Positions 38,319 to 49,318 are shown, numbered from the stretch's first letter. The stretch is DNA of 64,000 nt from an uncultured Bacteroidales bacterium (GCA_937889945.1 CALBZC010000026.1:64871-128870); one strand, 5' to 3'. The notes: generated by a model not told the origin, from the sequence alone. A program made the numbers and translations.

Positions 38319-39641
38319 CTAGTGTTTAAACAACTTCCAAATATCATTGCCATTAGCAAAAATAAGCAAGGCAAAGAGTATAATCATGCCCACTACCTGC
38401 GCTCGTTCCATAAATTTATCGCTAGGTTTGCGCCCCGATATTACTTCGTATAACAGAAACATGATATGCCCCCCGTCAAGTGCAGGAATAGGCAAAATAT
38501 TCATAATAGCCAACACAATGGATAAAAATGCGGTAAGCGACCAAAAAGCTTCCCAATTCCACATGGAAGGGAATATTTTACCTATGGCTATAAATCCGCC
38601 TACAGATTTATAAGCCTCCGTTTTAGGCGAAACCAAAAGTTTAAGTTGCTTCCAGTAGCTGCTGATACCCTTAAATGTTTTTTTAAAACCTGCCGGAATA
38701 GCTTCCAACACATTATAGTGATGTGTTTTAGTGGTGAGAGATAAATACGGATTTGAATAAATACCTAACTTAGCCGTGCTATCAAGTTGTACGGGAATAG
38801 ATACCGTATCTTTGCCCCTGAGCACACCCACTTCCACCTTCTCGTTCTTGTGCTTGCTTAGCTCGGCGCTAAACATATCAAAATAAGGCACCGGTATTTG
38901 ATTAATACTTACCAATACATCGCCTTGCCTTATACCGCCTTTTTCGCCAAGCGAACCTTTAGAAAACTGTGCTGCCACAAAAGGCGAACGCGGCATAATA
39001 AAATCAGCTTTTTCACTTTTTATAAGCTTGCCTACAAACCCATCAGGTATGTTTACTTGAGTAATCACGCCATTGCGTTCAACCTGTATGGTTTTAGGGT
39101 TGTCCAAAATAATTTTTGCGGGAATTTTATTGAAATCTTCTACCGGTTTATTATCCAGTGATATTATTTTATCCCCGTTTTGCAACCCTATGCTTTGCGC
39201 AAGCGAATCTACGGTAATTCCGTATTTTACTTCATTGTTGGGCAAATACTGTTCGCCCCAAACTGCCAACATCACAATATAAATAGCTATAGCCAGCACC
39301 ACATTCATAAACACGCCTCCTACCATAATAATAAGGCGTTGCCATGCCGGTTTTGAACGAAACTCCCACGGTTGTGGCGGTTGTTTCATTTGTTCTTTAT
39401 CCATAGACTCGTCTATCATGCCCGATATTTTCACATATCCGCCAAGAGGCAACCAACCGATACCATATTCGGTTTCTCCCTTTTTAAATTTGAAAAGCGA
39501 AAACCAAGGATCAAAAAACAAATAAAATTTTTCTACCCTTGTTTTAAATATTTTGGCTGCAATAAAATGACCGAATTCATGAATTAATACAAGTATGGAT
39601 AAGCTAAGCAGAAGTTGGGCAACTTTGATGAGAATTGTCAT
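38319..39641 (-). CDS. rseP: RIP zinc metalloprotease RseP
   Basis: HEFGH in the first TM region, PDZ region, and C-terminal NILPIPALDGG motif. 440 aa, adjacent to dxr as in many bacteria. Confidence 0.9.
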   Translation of the reverse strand: MTILIKVAQLLLSLSILVLIHEFGHFIAAKIFKTRVEKFYLFFDPWFSLFKFKKGETEYGIGWLPLGGYVKISGMIDESMDKEQMKQPPQPWEFRSKPAWQRLIIMVGGVFMNVVLAIAIYIVMLAVWGEQYLPNNEVKYGITVDSLAQSIGLQNGDKIISLDNKPVEDFNKIPAKIILDNPKTIQVERNGVITQVNIPDGFVGKLIKSEKADFIMPRSPFVAAQFSKGSLGEKGGIRQGDVLVSINQIPVPYFDMFSAELSKHKNEKVEVGVLRGKDTVSIPVQLDSTAKLGIYSNPYLSLTTKTHHYNVLEAIPAGFKKTFKGISSYWKQLKLLVSPKTEAYKSVGGFIAIGKIFPSMWNWEAFWSLTAFLSIVLAIMNILPIPALDGGHIMFLLYEVISGRKPSDKFMERAQVVGMIILFALLIFANGNDIWKLFKH

Positions 39642-39701
39642 ATAACAAACGTAATTTTTAGTGTATTACTATTTTAGGGTGCAAAAGTACATTTTTTTTA
39701 T

Positions 39702-40859
39702 TTACTTTTTTATATACTCTTCAGCTCTTATTCTTGTTTCGGTATTAAGATGTTCATAATCGGCAAGTGAAGGGGTTTGGATAAATTGCATTTTCTCCAT
39801 ACAATGTTCAACTACCTGCGGAATCTGCAAAAAGGATATGTTATGTTGCAAAAAAGCTTTCACGGCTACCTCATCTGCGGCATTCATTACACATGGCATG
39901 GAACCTCCCTTTTTCATGGCTTGATAAGCTAATGCCAAACAGCGAAACGTATCTATATCAGGTCGCTCAAAAGTGAGTTGGAAAGGATTGTCAAAATTAA
40001 ATTTCGGAAAATCGGACGACAGCCTAAAGGGATATGTTAATGCATATTGTATGGGCAACCGCATGTCTGGCAAACCTAATTGCGCTTTTATGGAACCATC
40101 GTTAAACTGAACCATAGAGTGAACTATGCTTTGCGGATGCACAGCCACTTCTATATTTTCAATAGCTATGCCAAAGAGCCATTTTGCTTCTATTATCTCC
40201 AAGCCCTTATTCATTAAAGTAGCTGAATCTACCGTAACTTTACTGCCCATTTGCCAGTTGGGATGTTTAAGCGTTTGTTCGGGTGTAACAGATGCGAGTT
40301 TTTCGGCAGAGTAGCCCCTGAAAGGTCCGCCCGAAGCAGTAAGTATAAGTTTATCAACCGATTTTTCCGATTCCCCTGCCAAACATTGAAATATAGCAGA
40401 GTGTTCAGAATCTACCGGATAAATAAGAATATTTTTCTCCTTAGCCAGCTTGTCAACCAGCTCCCCTGCTACCACCAGCGTTTCCTTGTTGGCAAGCGCT
40501 ATTTGTTTACCGGCTTTTATGGCATTCAGCGTTGGCTTTAAACCGCTCCACCCCACCAATGCTACCAATACCATATCTATTGTGTTCATTTCCACAATTT
40601 GTTCTAAGGCTTCGGATCCCGCATACACTTTAATATCATGAGGATCAAGGGCGTCAAAAACCTCTTTATACAAATTTTCATTGGCAATCACTACCGCATT
40701 GGGCAAAAACTCCTTTGCCTGTCGTATAAGTAAAGGTGCATTGGAATGAGCGGTAAGCACTTCCACATCCAACTGCTCTCTATGAGCGGCTATCACTTCC
40801 AGCGCTTGCACGCCGATAGATCCCGTAGAACCTAAAATAGCTATCTTGCGTTTTCCCAT
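39702..40859 (-). CDS. dxr: 1-deoxy-D-xylulose-5-phosphate reductoisomerase
   Basis: ILGSTGSIG NADPH-binding motif, LANKE, DSEHSA, NKGLE. 385 aa. Confidence 0.93.
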   Translation of the reverse strand: MGKRKIAILGSTGSIGVQALEVIAAHREQLDVEVLTAHSNAPLLIRQAKEFLPNAVVIANENLYKEVFDALDPHDIKVYAGSEALEQIVEMNTIDMVLVALVGWSGLKPTLNAIKAGKQIALANKETLVVAGELVDKLAKEKNILIYPVDSEHSAIFQCLAGESEKSVDKLILTASGGPFRGYSAEKLASVTPEQTLKHPNWQMGSKVTVDSATLMNKGLEIIEAKWLFGIAIENIEVAVHPQSIVHSMVQFNDGSIKAQLGLPDMRLPIQYALTYPFRLSSDFPKFNFDNPFQLTFERPDIDTFRCLALAYQAMKKGGSMPCVMNAADEVAVKAFLQHNISFLQIPQVVEHCMEKMQFIQTPSLADYEHLNTETRIRAEEYIKK

Positions 40860-40959
40860 ACATTTTTAAAAGAAAGTGTAAAATTAAAAAAATTAATTCT
40901 GTGCGCTGTGCTTTTTCTACATAGTATAAAATCCATATCTTTTTTTACCTGGTTGCATT

Positions 40960-41859
40960 TTAAAATGTAATATAATCCTTAGGATTAACAGGCGAACCAT
41001 TTATCCATAACTCCATGTGCATATGAGGTCCTGAGGTAAGCTCGCCACTGTTGCCTACAACAGCGATAGACTCTCCGGCTTTCACCACATTCCCTTCGCG
41101 CTTGAGCAACACCGAATTATGTTTATATACAGAGATGATATTACCCGCGTGTTGTATAGCTATCACATTCCCTGTTTTCACTGTCCAGTCGGCAAATATA
41201 ACCGTTCCGTTTTGTATGGATTTTATAACTTCGTTCTTATTCGCCACTACATCCACTCCATAGTGTTTTTTTTGCGCGTTAAACTCGTTTGTAACAATGC
41301 CTTTTAAAGGCGAAAAAAAAGTAAGCCTTTGTGCGGGAGAAGAAGCATTACCGGTGGTTTTATATGATGTAAAAAGATTATATTTGGTAGTGTTTTCATA
41401 ATCTAAACGCATCAATGAATCATCTTTGGAACGCACATCTTTGATATTCTGGTATTTTTTTATTTGCTTTTCATCCAAGGCTGCCGGACGTGGCTCATTT
41501 TTAGGAATATCGCCATTTAAAACCATTTTTAAATCTTTATAATATTTTTCATAAGCGTGTAAAGCTTTAGAAATAGAATCGGAACGCAACTGCAACTCGT
41601 AAACTTTTTTTTGGTATGCAGCATCGGTATATCCCGGAATATATTGTTTTAAAGGGGTGAAAGCAATAATATAGGATGTAAATAAAACGCTCAAAATGGA
41701 AAGCCCTCCTAAAATGAAAAAAATAGTAAGCAACGACAAACGAAAAGAAAATTCTTCATCCAACGTATCTTCGTTAAAAACAATGAATTTGAATTTGTTA
41801 CGGAGCTGCTTGGATACAAATTTCCATAATTTATTATTATCTTTAGCGTAAGGTTTCAT
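40960..41859 (-). CDS. M23 family metallopeptidase (membrane-anchored)
   Basis: N-terminal TM helix. HYGVD (HxxxD) and GPHMHMELW (HxH) LytM-type motifs. Confidence 0.85.
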   Translation of the reverse strand: MKPYAKDNNKLWKFVSKQLRNKFKFIVFNEDTLDEEFSFRLSLLTIFFILGGLSILSVLFTSYIIAFTPLKQYIPGYTDAAYQKKVYELQLRSDSISKALHAYEKYYKDLKMVLNGDIPKNEPRPAALDEKQIKKYQNIKDVRSKDDSLMRLDYENTTKYNLFTSYKTTGNASSPAQRLTFFSPLKGIVTNEFNAQKKHYGVDVVANKNEVIKSIQNGTVIFADWTVKTGNVIAIQHAGNIISVYKHNSVLLKREGNVVKAGESIAVVGNSGELTSGPHMHMELWINGSPVNPKDYITF

Positions 41860-42066
41860 GAGTATAAGGTGTTAAAGAGCATAGCATGTGAAAAATTCTA
41901 AGAAACAATTTGGTAAAAAGATTACAAACCTACACAAAACAAGCAAAGATAATAATATATATTTTGATAAAATTATTAAAAATACGTTTCGGCACAATTA
42001 ATTATTGATTATCAAAGCATAATAATTTTAGTTGGATGAAGATGAAAGTTATTCGTGAAAAAACTA

Positions 42067-42074
42067 TATTTTTG
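42067..42074 (+). promoter_or_regulatory. candidate -7 promoter box (TATTTTTG)
   Basis: TAnnTTTG, 21 nt upstream of the TTG start at 42095. Confidence 0.4.
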
Positions 42075-42094
42075 TAACCCTGAACATTTTAATA

Positions 42095-44854
42095 TTGCAC
42101 AAAATTTTGCCTAAAATATCTTTATATAAACACTTAAACATAGGCTTAGCCACAGCAATAGCCCTGTTTTTACTCTATTCTTGTTCCATCAATCAAAATA
42201 CCAATATTTTTAAGCGTGGCTATGAGAATTTAACCACACACTACAATATTTATTGGAACGGTAAAGAAAGCCTGAATGAAGCAGAAAGCATGTTGAAAAA
42301 AAATGCGTATGATAATTATGGGTTCATACTTCCTATATATAATTATGGAACTGCAGATAACGTTGCTCAAGTTCAATCGCAGCTCAACAGGGCTATTGAA
42401 AAAGCAACCCTTGCCATTCCGCGGCACACCTTGTATTTCGACGGACGAGAATATAACCGCTGGATAGATGATTGTTACCTGGTGTTGGGGAAAGCCTATT
42501 TTTTTAAACAGGACTACAGCAACGCGCAACTTACCATGCGCGACATTATTAACGAGTTTTCCGGTACTGCGTCGGCAGAAGAAGCTTATGTATGGCTTAT
42601 CCGCTCTCTTATCCAACAAAAAAAGTTTAAAGATGCCCTAAGCGAAATAAATAATTTTGAGAAAAGAATAGCCATAAAAAAACCGGCAAAACAAATACAA
42701 GCGCAATTACCGCTTTTTTATGCCGATTACTTTTTGGCTCAAAAAGAATATGCAAAAGCTTCGAAATATTTACAAGATGCGCTGCCATTGAGTATTTCTA
42801 ATAATACACGCCATAGGATTATATATATATTGGGGCAATTGGCTTATAATGAAAACCGGTATGCCGATGCGGCAAGCCATTTCAGAAAAGTAGCACACAG
42901 TAATGTTTCTTTCGAAATGGAGTTTAATGCCCACCTCAATATGATTATTTCCAATGGCTTGGCGGAGAAAAATATACCCCAAGCCAAGCGAAATATATTG
43001 CAAATGCTTGAAGATAAAAAATATGCAGAATATAAAGACCGCATATATTATGGCTTATATGCGCTTGCTTCGGCAGAAAACAAAACCGAAGAAGCCAACA
43101 GGTATTTATTGTATTCAGCCATATATGCCACCGGAAATGCTTCGCAAAAAGTAACCGCTTTCCGCAAATTAAGCGATTGGTATTTCGAAAAACAACAATA
43201 TGATTTATCGTATGCTTACGCTGACTCGGTATTGCAAATATTACCCGAATCATACCCTGAATATGATATGGTTAAAAACATGTTACAAGTAAAAAAAGAG
43301 TTGGCTCAAAATCACAATACCATTAAGGTTGAAGATAGTTTGCAATACATGGCAAAACTTACCGATGCAGAAGTTAACCAAAAGATAAAAATACATATTG
43401 AACAAATAAAAGCTAACGAACAAGAAATAGCGGCAGCCCTAAAAAAACCGGCTACCTCAGATACACATCGCACAAACCGCCCATATATCATGACTCCTCA
43501 ACAAATGGGTATGCAAAACACCGATTGGTATTTTGATAATCCTTATATCATAACCATAGGGGCTGAAGAATTCGCCAGGCGGTGGGGAAAACGCGAACTA
43601 CAAGACAATTGGAGGCTCTCGTCAAAGCTTAAGTCCTCATTAGCAGTAATAAAACCCGTTAATAAACCAGAGACAGACTCGCTGAATATGGAAGAAAATG
43701 ATTTGGCTTTAGCCATGAAAAACTTCGACCGCAAAAATCCCGAATCATATCTCAAAGCCATTCCCCGCACACAGCAAGAAATAGCCGCTTCTAATCATAA
43801 AATAGCCAAAGCCTTAATAAACCTGGGGTATATTTACAAGGATGATGTAAATGATAATGATAACGCCATTATCTATTTTGAGGAATATATAAAACGTTTT
43901 TCTACAACCGAAGAGGATTACCTGCCCGTTTATTTCCAATTATATGTGTTGGGATTGCAAACACAAAACACGCCTTTAGCGGAGAAATACAAACAGATTA
44001 TTTTAAATGATTATCCTGCATCCGATTTTGCCCAGGTTGTGTTAGACCCCTCATACATGAAAGTATTGTATGATAAAAAATTCAGAGCATCATCCTTGTA
44101 TGAAGAAACATATATGGCATACACACGCGGGCAATACCGCTTGGTGCTGCTATATGCCGAAAGTGCATTGTCGGAATACAAGCAAGATAAAGAACTAACG
44201 CCGCGCTTCGAATACCTCAAAGCTATAGCGCTGGGCAAATCTCAAGGAACAGAAGTAATGGTTACCAACCTGATAAATTTTATAAAAAAATATCCTAATC
44301 ACTTACTTGCCCCATTGGCACAAGAAGTTTTAGGACAATATAACAAAAAAGAAGCTTTTGATTTTAAAGGTTTAGATAAAAAGGAAGATACGAACAACCC
44401 TTTAAACAATACTGTGCTCACTAACCAACAGGAAAATACCGACACAGCAAAAGATACCAAAGAAATTGAAACACAAGCAAAAGAATCATATACATACGCG
44501 CCTTCAAAAACTTATTACTACTTGTTTGTATATGATATGACCGCTGTAAATCCGCAGGAAATAAGAAAAGTAATTGCCGAAAAAGTAGATGAAAGTTTTC
44601 ACGATTTAGGATTAACGATAAATATAATACAATGGAGCGAAAAATTACAAATTTTGGCTATCAGCAAATTTACCGATGAAAAAGCCGGAATGGATTTTTA
44701 TAGAAAAATACATGCTGAAATTTCAACTGCTGAGCAACTTAAAAATTTGGATTATAAGCACTTCATCATAAGCTCGGAAAACTATCCCATATTCTTCCGC
44801 GATAAAAACACCGGTTTATATCAGGAATTCTTTGAAAAAAATTACAATAAGTAA
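42095..44854 (+). CDS. TPR-repeat lipoprotein, possibly T9SS PorW/SprE-like
   Basis: 919 aa with a TTG start. Lipobox LLYSCS. N-terminal F.RGYENLTTHYNIYWNG resembles, from memory, the conserved start of SprE/PorW, and TPR periodicity follows. The family assignment is unverified. Confidence 0.5.
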   Translation: MHKILPKISLYKHLNIGLATAIALFLLYSCSINQNTNIFKRGYENLTTHYNIYWNGKESLNEAESMLKKNAYDNYGFILPIYNYGTADNVAQVQSQLNRAIEKATLAIPRHTLYFDGREYNRWIDDCYLVLGKAYFFKQDYSNAQLTMRDIINEFSGTASAEEAYVWLIRSLIQQKKFKDALSEINNFEKRIAIKKPAKQIQAQLPLFYADYFLAQKEYAKASKYLQDALPLSISNNTRHRIIYILGQLAYNENRYADAASHFRKVAHSNVSFEMEFNAHLNMIISNGLAEKNIPQAKRNILQMLEDKKYAEYKDRIYYGLYALASAENKTEEANRYLLYSAIYATGNASQKVTAFRKLSDWYFEKQQYDLSYAYADSVLQILPESYPEYDMVKNMLQVKKELAQNHNTIKVEDSLQYMAKLTDAEVNQKIKIHIEQIKANEQEIAAALKKPATSDTHRTNRPYIMTPQQMGMQNTDWYFDNPYIITIGAEEFARRWGKRELQDNWRLSSKLKSSLAVIKPVNKPETDSLNMEENDLALAMKNFDRKNPESYLKAIPRTQQEIAASNHKIAKALINLGYIYKDDVNDNDNAIIYFEEYIKRFSTTEEDYLPVYFQLYVLGLQTQNTPLAEKYKQIILNDYPASDFAQVVLDPSYMKVLYDKKFRASSLYEETYMAYTRGQYRLVLLYAESALSEYKQDKELTPRFEYLKAIALGKSQGTEVMVTNLINFIKKYPNHLLAPLAQEVLGQYNKKEAFDFKGLDKKEDTNNPLNNTVLTNQQENTDTAKDTKEIETQAKESYTYAPSKTYYYLFVYDMTAVNPQEIRKVIAEKVDESFHDLGLTINIIQWSEKLQILAISKFTDEKAGMDFYRKIHAEISTAEQLKNLDYKHFIISSENYPIFFRDKNTGLYQEFFEKNYNK

Positions 44855-44915
44855 CTACAACAAAACGTTTTTATTAAAATATTGTAAATCGCATTGCTTT
44901 TCGGACTTAAAAAGT

Positions 44916-44923
44916 TACTTTTG
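44916..44923 (+). promoter_or_regulatory. candidate -7 promoter box (TACTTTTG)
   Basis: Part of the 13-mer AGTTACTTTTGTG, which recurs at 45604-45616. 61 nt upstream of the ATG at 44984. Confidence 0.45.
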
Positions 44924-44983
44924 TGCTATGCGTTTGATTATGGTGAATGACATAAAAATCAACATATAAAAAATATTGTGGTA

Positions 44984-45370
44984 ATGAAACAGGACAAATC
45001 AAACTACGCTGACCCTCGCCCTATGAACCTTATAGGCCTTAACACTGAACTTATCGGAGATTTAAAAACCACAGGAGATATACGTCTTGAAGGCTATATC
45101 AAAGGAACCGTTACTATTGGCGGACGTTTGGTAATAGGGGAATCAGGAAAAATAGAAGGCGATGTATTCAGCCAGGATGCGGAAATATTCGGGCAGGTAT
45201 TGGGAAGCATCAAAATTACGGAACTGCTCACTCTACGTGCAAATGCAGTGGTAAAAGGCGAAATATCAACCAATAAACTTGCTATTGAGCCGGGGGCTGT
45301 ATTTACAGGCGACTGTAAAATGGGCAATGTAGAAACACCTTATGGACAAACAAAAACAACAGACGAATAA
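44984..45370 (+). CDS. bactofilin-like polymer-forming cytoskeletal protein
   Basis: About 128 aa of beta-helix repeats (IGDLKTTGDIRLEGYIKGTVTIGGRLVIGESGKIEGDV...). The track ORF begins at GTG 44978. Confidence 0.75.
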   Translation: MKQDKSNYADPRPMNLIGLNTELIGDLKTTGDIRLEGYIKGTVTIGGRLVIGESGKIEGDVFSQDAEIFGQVLGSIKITELLTLRANAVVKGEISTNKLAIEPGAVFTGDCKMGNVETPYGQTKTTDE

Positions 45371-45605
45371 AAACGAGATAAATTCTTCATCTCCCAAAAA
45401 CAAACCTTCAGGCTTAGAAAACTATGCCCGTTATACTTCTGTTGCCATACAAATGGGCGTAATTATTGCTGCCGGTGTTTATGGCGGCACCAAACTTGAT
45501 GAGTGGATAAAATGGGAAGTACCTGTTTTTACGGTTGTGCTTTCGTTGCTATCCGTGGCAGTTGCAATTTATCTTGTTATAAAAGACTTAATTAAGAAAA
45601 AGTAG
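45342..45605 (+). CDS. AtpZ/AtpI-family small membrane protein
   Basis: 87 aa. YARYTSVAIQMGVIIAAGVYGGTKLDEW plus a second TM helix. Confidence 0.65.
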   Translation: MDKQKQQTNKNEINSSSPKNKPSGLENYARYTSVAIQMGVIIAAGVYGGTKLDEWIKWEVPVFTVVLSLLSVAVAIYLVIKDLIKKK

Positions 45606-45613
45606 TTACTTTT
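45606..45613 (+). promoter_or_regulatory. candidate -7 promoter box (TACTTTTG)
   Basis: Second copy of AGTTACTTTTGTG, 23 nt upstream of the ATG at 45636. Confidence 0.45.
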
Positions 45614-45635
45614 GTGTCGTAAATTATGTGTGTGC

Positions 45636-46022
45636 ATGAAAAAAAACTTGCAAAAAGACTTACTTTTTAACTTTATATTCTCTTTGGTAATACTGGGTGC
45701 GGCAGGTATGGTTAATTACTTGTTTCCTATGTTTATGACTCCTTATTGGTATTGGCAGGTAGTATTCTTCTTTATAATCACAGGATTAATGGTTTGGACT
45801 TCGCACAAGATTAAAACAAAAGAAACCGTAGGGTTTGCGAATGTATTTATCATAATGACAGCTGCAAAACTCATCTTAGCCATCACGCTTATCAGCATAT
45901 TCACATATATAAACCCTACAAAAGCAGCGCGTTTTGCACTCACTTTCGTCGCATTCTATTTGGCATATCTTTGTTTTGAAGTTTATATGCTCCTTAAAAT
46001 AAACAAAACAATCAACTCATAA
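45636..46022 (+). CDS. 4-TM membrane protein (ATP-synthase-protein-I-like topology)
   Basis: About 128 aa from MKKNLQKD. Four hydrophobic helices. The track ORF starts at 45612. Confidence 0.45.
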   Translation: MKKNLQKDLLFNFIFSLVILGAAGMVNYLFPMFMTPYWYWQVVFFFIITGLMVWTSHKIKTKETVGFANVFIIMTAAKLILAITLISIFTYINPTKAARFALTFVAFYLAYLCFEVYMLLKINKTINS

Positions 46023-46110
46023 AAACAAAAAACGAGTATGTTCGTTAATAAAAGCAAAGGTATAATTTACATGCAGATTACACCTCTATATAATAGATTA
46101 ACTTTTTTTC

Positions 46111-46773
46111 ATGAAAAGTGATGATTTGAAGCCCATGATGGCACAAAATAACATGGATGATTCCGAATTTGTTGCAGGCTATCGCTTGCGCAACGTATAT
46201 AACGAAAAAACTATAAAAAAGCTATCGGTTCATTATAACGAAATTCTTAAACTTATAGGTGAAGATCCGCAAAGGGAAGGCTTGCTGCGCACACCTGAAC
46301 GCGTTGCCAAAGCCATGCAGTTTCTCACACACGGCTACGACCTCGACCCTGAAGAAATTTTACGCTCTGCCATGTTCAAGGAAGATTATAAGCAAATGGT
46401 AATAGTGAAAGATATTGAAATATACTCTCTTTGCGAACATCATATGCTTCCCTTCTTCGGTAAAGCACACGTAGCTTATATTCCGGCAGGTTATATTGTA
46501 GGATTAAGTAAAATTCCACGTGTGGTAGATGCTTTTGCCCGTCGTTTGCAAGTACAGGAACGCCTTACTACGCAAATAAAAGAAGCTATACAACATACGT
46601 TAAAACCTTTGGGTGTTGCCGTGGTTGTTGAGGCGCAACACATGTGCATGAGTATGAGAGGCATACAAAAACAAAATTCTGTTACTACCACTTCCGATTT
46701 TAACGGAGTTTTCCTCTCAAGCGATAAAACGCGTGCCGAATTTATTAACCTGATCGGACAAAAACTTCATTAA
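46111..46773 (+). CDS. folE: GTP cyclohydrolase I FolE
   Basis: [34 protein letters not shown], and [12 protein letters not shown] motifs. Confidence 0.93.
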   Translation: MKSDDLKPMMAQNNMDDSEFVAGYRLRNVYNEKTIKKLSVHYNEILKLIGEDPQREGLLRTPERVAKAMQFLTHGYDLDPEEILRSAMFKEDYKQMVIVKDIEIYSLCEHHMLPFFGKAHVAYIPAGYIVGLSKIPRVVDAFARRLQVQERLTTQIKEAIQHTLKPLGVAVVVEAQHMCMSMRGIQKQNSVTTTSDFNGVFLSSDKTRAEFINLIGQKLH

Positions 46774-46775
46774 CA

Positions 46776-47822
46776 GTGACTGGGGAAAGTTTACAAAAAC
46801 GTGAACTGTTAGGCTCAACGCAATCCGAGATAGAGCAATGGGTCTCAAATCAAGGACTTCCACGCTATATTGCACCGCAAATTATACATTGGCTCTATAA
46901 AACACCTATACGTTCATTTGATGAAATGACTAACATTTCGAAAAAAGTACGTGGTTTATTGGAACAAGATTTTATATATGGCGCTGTAGAACCTTTAAAA
47001 GTAAGTGTTTCCACCGATGGTACAAAAAAGTACTTATACAAAGCCGGCGAAAACCGGTTTATAGAAACAGCTTTTATTCCCGAAAAAACACGTAATACCT
47101 TGTGCGTTTCATCGCAAGTAGGCTGCAAAATGGGGTGTTTGTTTTGCGCTACAGGCAAACAGGGGTTCCAATCGCAGCTCTCTGCCGGACAAATAATCAA
47201 CCAACTGCGCAGCCTGCCTGAACGTGATAGCATTACCAATATTGTTTTTATGGGTATGGGTGAGCCTTTTGATAACCTTGAAGAAGTGATGAAAGCACAA
47301 GAGATACTCACTGCCGAATATGGTTTTAATTTAAGCATACGCAAAGTTACCGTTTCCACCGTGGGCATTGTTCCTGCAATGGAAAGATTTTTAAAAGAGA
47401 GCAAATGCAACCTCGCCGTCAGCATGCACTCCCCTTTTGATGAGGAACGGCGCAAGCTAATGCCTGTTCAGCATGTGTATCCGATAAAAGAGGTAATAGA
47501 TGTAATAAACAAGCACGATATAGGAAAATATAGAAGGGTATCATTCGAATATATTGTTTTTGGCGGTCTTAATGATACGCCGGCACACGTAAAAGAACTG
47601 GCAAGACTTTTAAACAAAACACGATGCAGGATAAATCTTATACGGTTTCATCCGGTGCCTAATGTTCCTTTGCCTGCCACAGACGATAATCGTATATTAG
47701 CTTTCCAGAAAGGACTAACCGACAAAGGCATACAAACAACCATACGCACTTCGCGCGGGTTGGATATTGAAGCCGCCTGCGGATTGCTCTCTACAAAAGA
47801 GCTTAATAAAAGAAATACCTGA
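46776..47822 (+). CDS. rlmN: 23S rRNA/tRNA (adenine-C2)-methyltransferase RlmN (radical SAM)
   Basis: GTG start. Radical-SAM CKMGCLFC (CxxxCxxC), MGMGEP, and C-terminal AACGLL with the catalytic Cys. Confidence 0.9.
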   Translation: MTGESLQKRELLGSTQSEIEQWVSNQGLPRYIAPQIIHWLYKTPIRSFDEMTNISKKVRGLLEQDFIYGAVEPLKVSVSTDGTKKYLYKAGENRFIETAFIPEKTRNTLCVSSQVGCKMGCLFCATGKQGFQSQLSAGQIINQLRSLPERDSITNIVFMGMGEPFDNLEEVMKAQEILTAEYGFNLSIRKVTVSTVGIVPAMERFLKESKCNLAVSMHSPFDEERRKLMPVQHVYPIKEVIDVINKHDIGKYRRVSFEYIVFGGLNDTPAHVKELARLLNKTRCRINLIRFHPVPNVPLPATDDNRILAFQKGLTDKGIQTTIRTSRGLDIEAACGLLSTKELNKRNT

Positions 47823-47888
47823 AATACTTTTCTTTGTTGTGCTAACATTTTAGGATTTCTATTGTTTTAGAATAATTATCCGGATTTT

Positions 47889-49232
47889 ATGAAAAATTTA
47901 ACTGAAGGCGACAGTGGTAAACTTATTTTCGCTTTTGCAATACCTATGCTGATAGGCAATGTATTTCAGCAATTATACAGTATAATAAACAGCATTATTG
48001 TAGGGCATTTTATAGGCAAAACGGCATTAGCCGCAGTAGGAGCCTCTTTCCCCATTATTTTCATGCTTATATCTTTTGTAGTGGGGGTTACCATGGGCAC
48101 CACCATCGTTATATCACAGTTTTTCGGAGCTAAGGATATGACTAAAGTAAAACGCGCCATCGACACCATGTATATCTTCCTGTTTTTTGCTTCCTTAGGA
48201 CTAATGGCGCTGGGCTTATTGCTAAGCCGCCCTCTACTGGTAATGATTAACCTTCCTGATGATGTAATGCCGCAAGCATTGGAATATTTTAACACCTATA
48301 TGCTGGGCATGGTATTTTTCTTCGGTTTTAACGGTATCAGCTCCGTTTTGCGAGGGCTCGGCGATTCAAAAACACCTCTGTATTTTCTTATTATCTCCAC
48401 GGTAGTAAATATCATTCTCGATTTAATTTTTATTTCGGTTTTTAAATGGGGCGTGCGTGGGGCTGCGTTGGCAACCATAATTGCACAGGGTGGCGCATTC
48501 TTGTCAAGTGTAATATACCTTAACCGCACACACGATCTTATAAAATTTGCATGGCGTAAATTTATTTTCGATAAACAAATATTCAAAAGCATTTTAAACA
48601 TCGGTTTACCCACCGGATTTCAACAAACCTTTGTTTCTGTAGGCATGTTGGCTATCATGTGGATCGTAAACGGATTTGGCACTGATGTAATTGCAGCCTA
48701 TTCGGTTGCCGGACGCATAGACAACCTTGCAAGCCTGCCTGCCATGAACTTTGGCGCTGCCCTTTCGGCTTTTGTAGGACAAAATATAGGCGCAGGCAAA
48801 ATGGAACGTGTAAAACTGGGGTTAAGAGCGACCTTGAAAATGTCAACTATCTTAGCTGTTATAACAAGCATATTTATCATCATCTTCCGCGAACCGCTGA
48901 TGGCAATGTTTACGCCCGACAAAAATGTTATTGCCATTGGCGCCGAATATCTCACGGTAGTTGCATCCTTTTATGTGATATTCTCTACCATGTTTGTAAT
49001 TGGCGGAGTAATGCGTGGCGCCGGCGATACGCTTATTCCTATGTTTATTACACTGTTATCGTTATGGCTTATACGCATCCCTGCCGCTTTAATCATGTCA
49101 AAACATTTTGGTGTGGACGGTATCTGGTGGTCGGTGCCTATTGCATGGTTTATAGGCATGAGCCTCTCATACCTATACTATCTCACAGGAAGGTGGAAAA
49201 CAAAATCTATTGTAAAGAAAACACCTTTTTAA
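47889..49232 (+). CDS. MATE family efflux transporter
   Basis: 447 aa with 12 TM helices. N-terminal LIFAFAIPMLIGNVFQQLYSIINSIIVGHFIG is typical of NorM/DinF-type MATE proteins. Confidence 0.85.
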   Translation: MKNLTEGDSGKLIFAFAIPMLIGNVFQQLYSIINSIIVGHFIGKTALAAVGASFPIIFMLISFVVGVTMGTTIVISQFFGAKDMTKVKRAIDTMYIFLFFASLGLMALGLLLSRPLLVMINLPDDVMPQALEYFNTYMLGMVFFFGFNGISSVLRGLGDSKTPLYFLIISTVVNIILDLIFISVFKWGVRGAALATIIAQGGAFLSSVIYLNRTHDLIKFAWRKFIFDKQIFKSILNIGLPTGFQQTFVSVGMLAIMWIVNGFGTDVIAAYSVAGRIDNLASLPAMNFGAALSAFVGQNIGAGKMERVKLGLRATLKMSTILAVITSIFIIIFREPLMAMFTPDKNVIAIGAEYLTVVASFYVIFSTMFVIGGVMRGAGDTLIPMFITLLSLWLIRIPAALIMSKHFGVDGIWWSVPIAWFIGMSLSYLYYLTGRWKTKSIVKKTPF

Positions 49233-49318
49233 TATCTCCTCAAAAGGATATAAATACGTAGAAAGCACGCTTTTTTCTTACATAATTATTACTTTTACCC
49301 CTGTTAAAATCAATCGCT

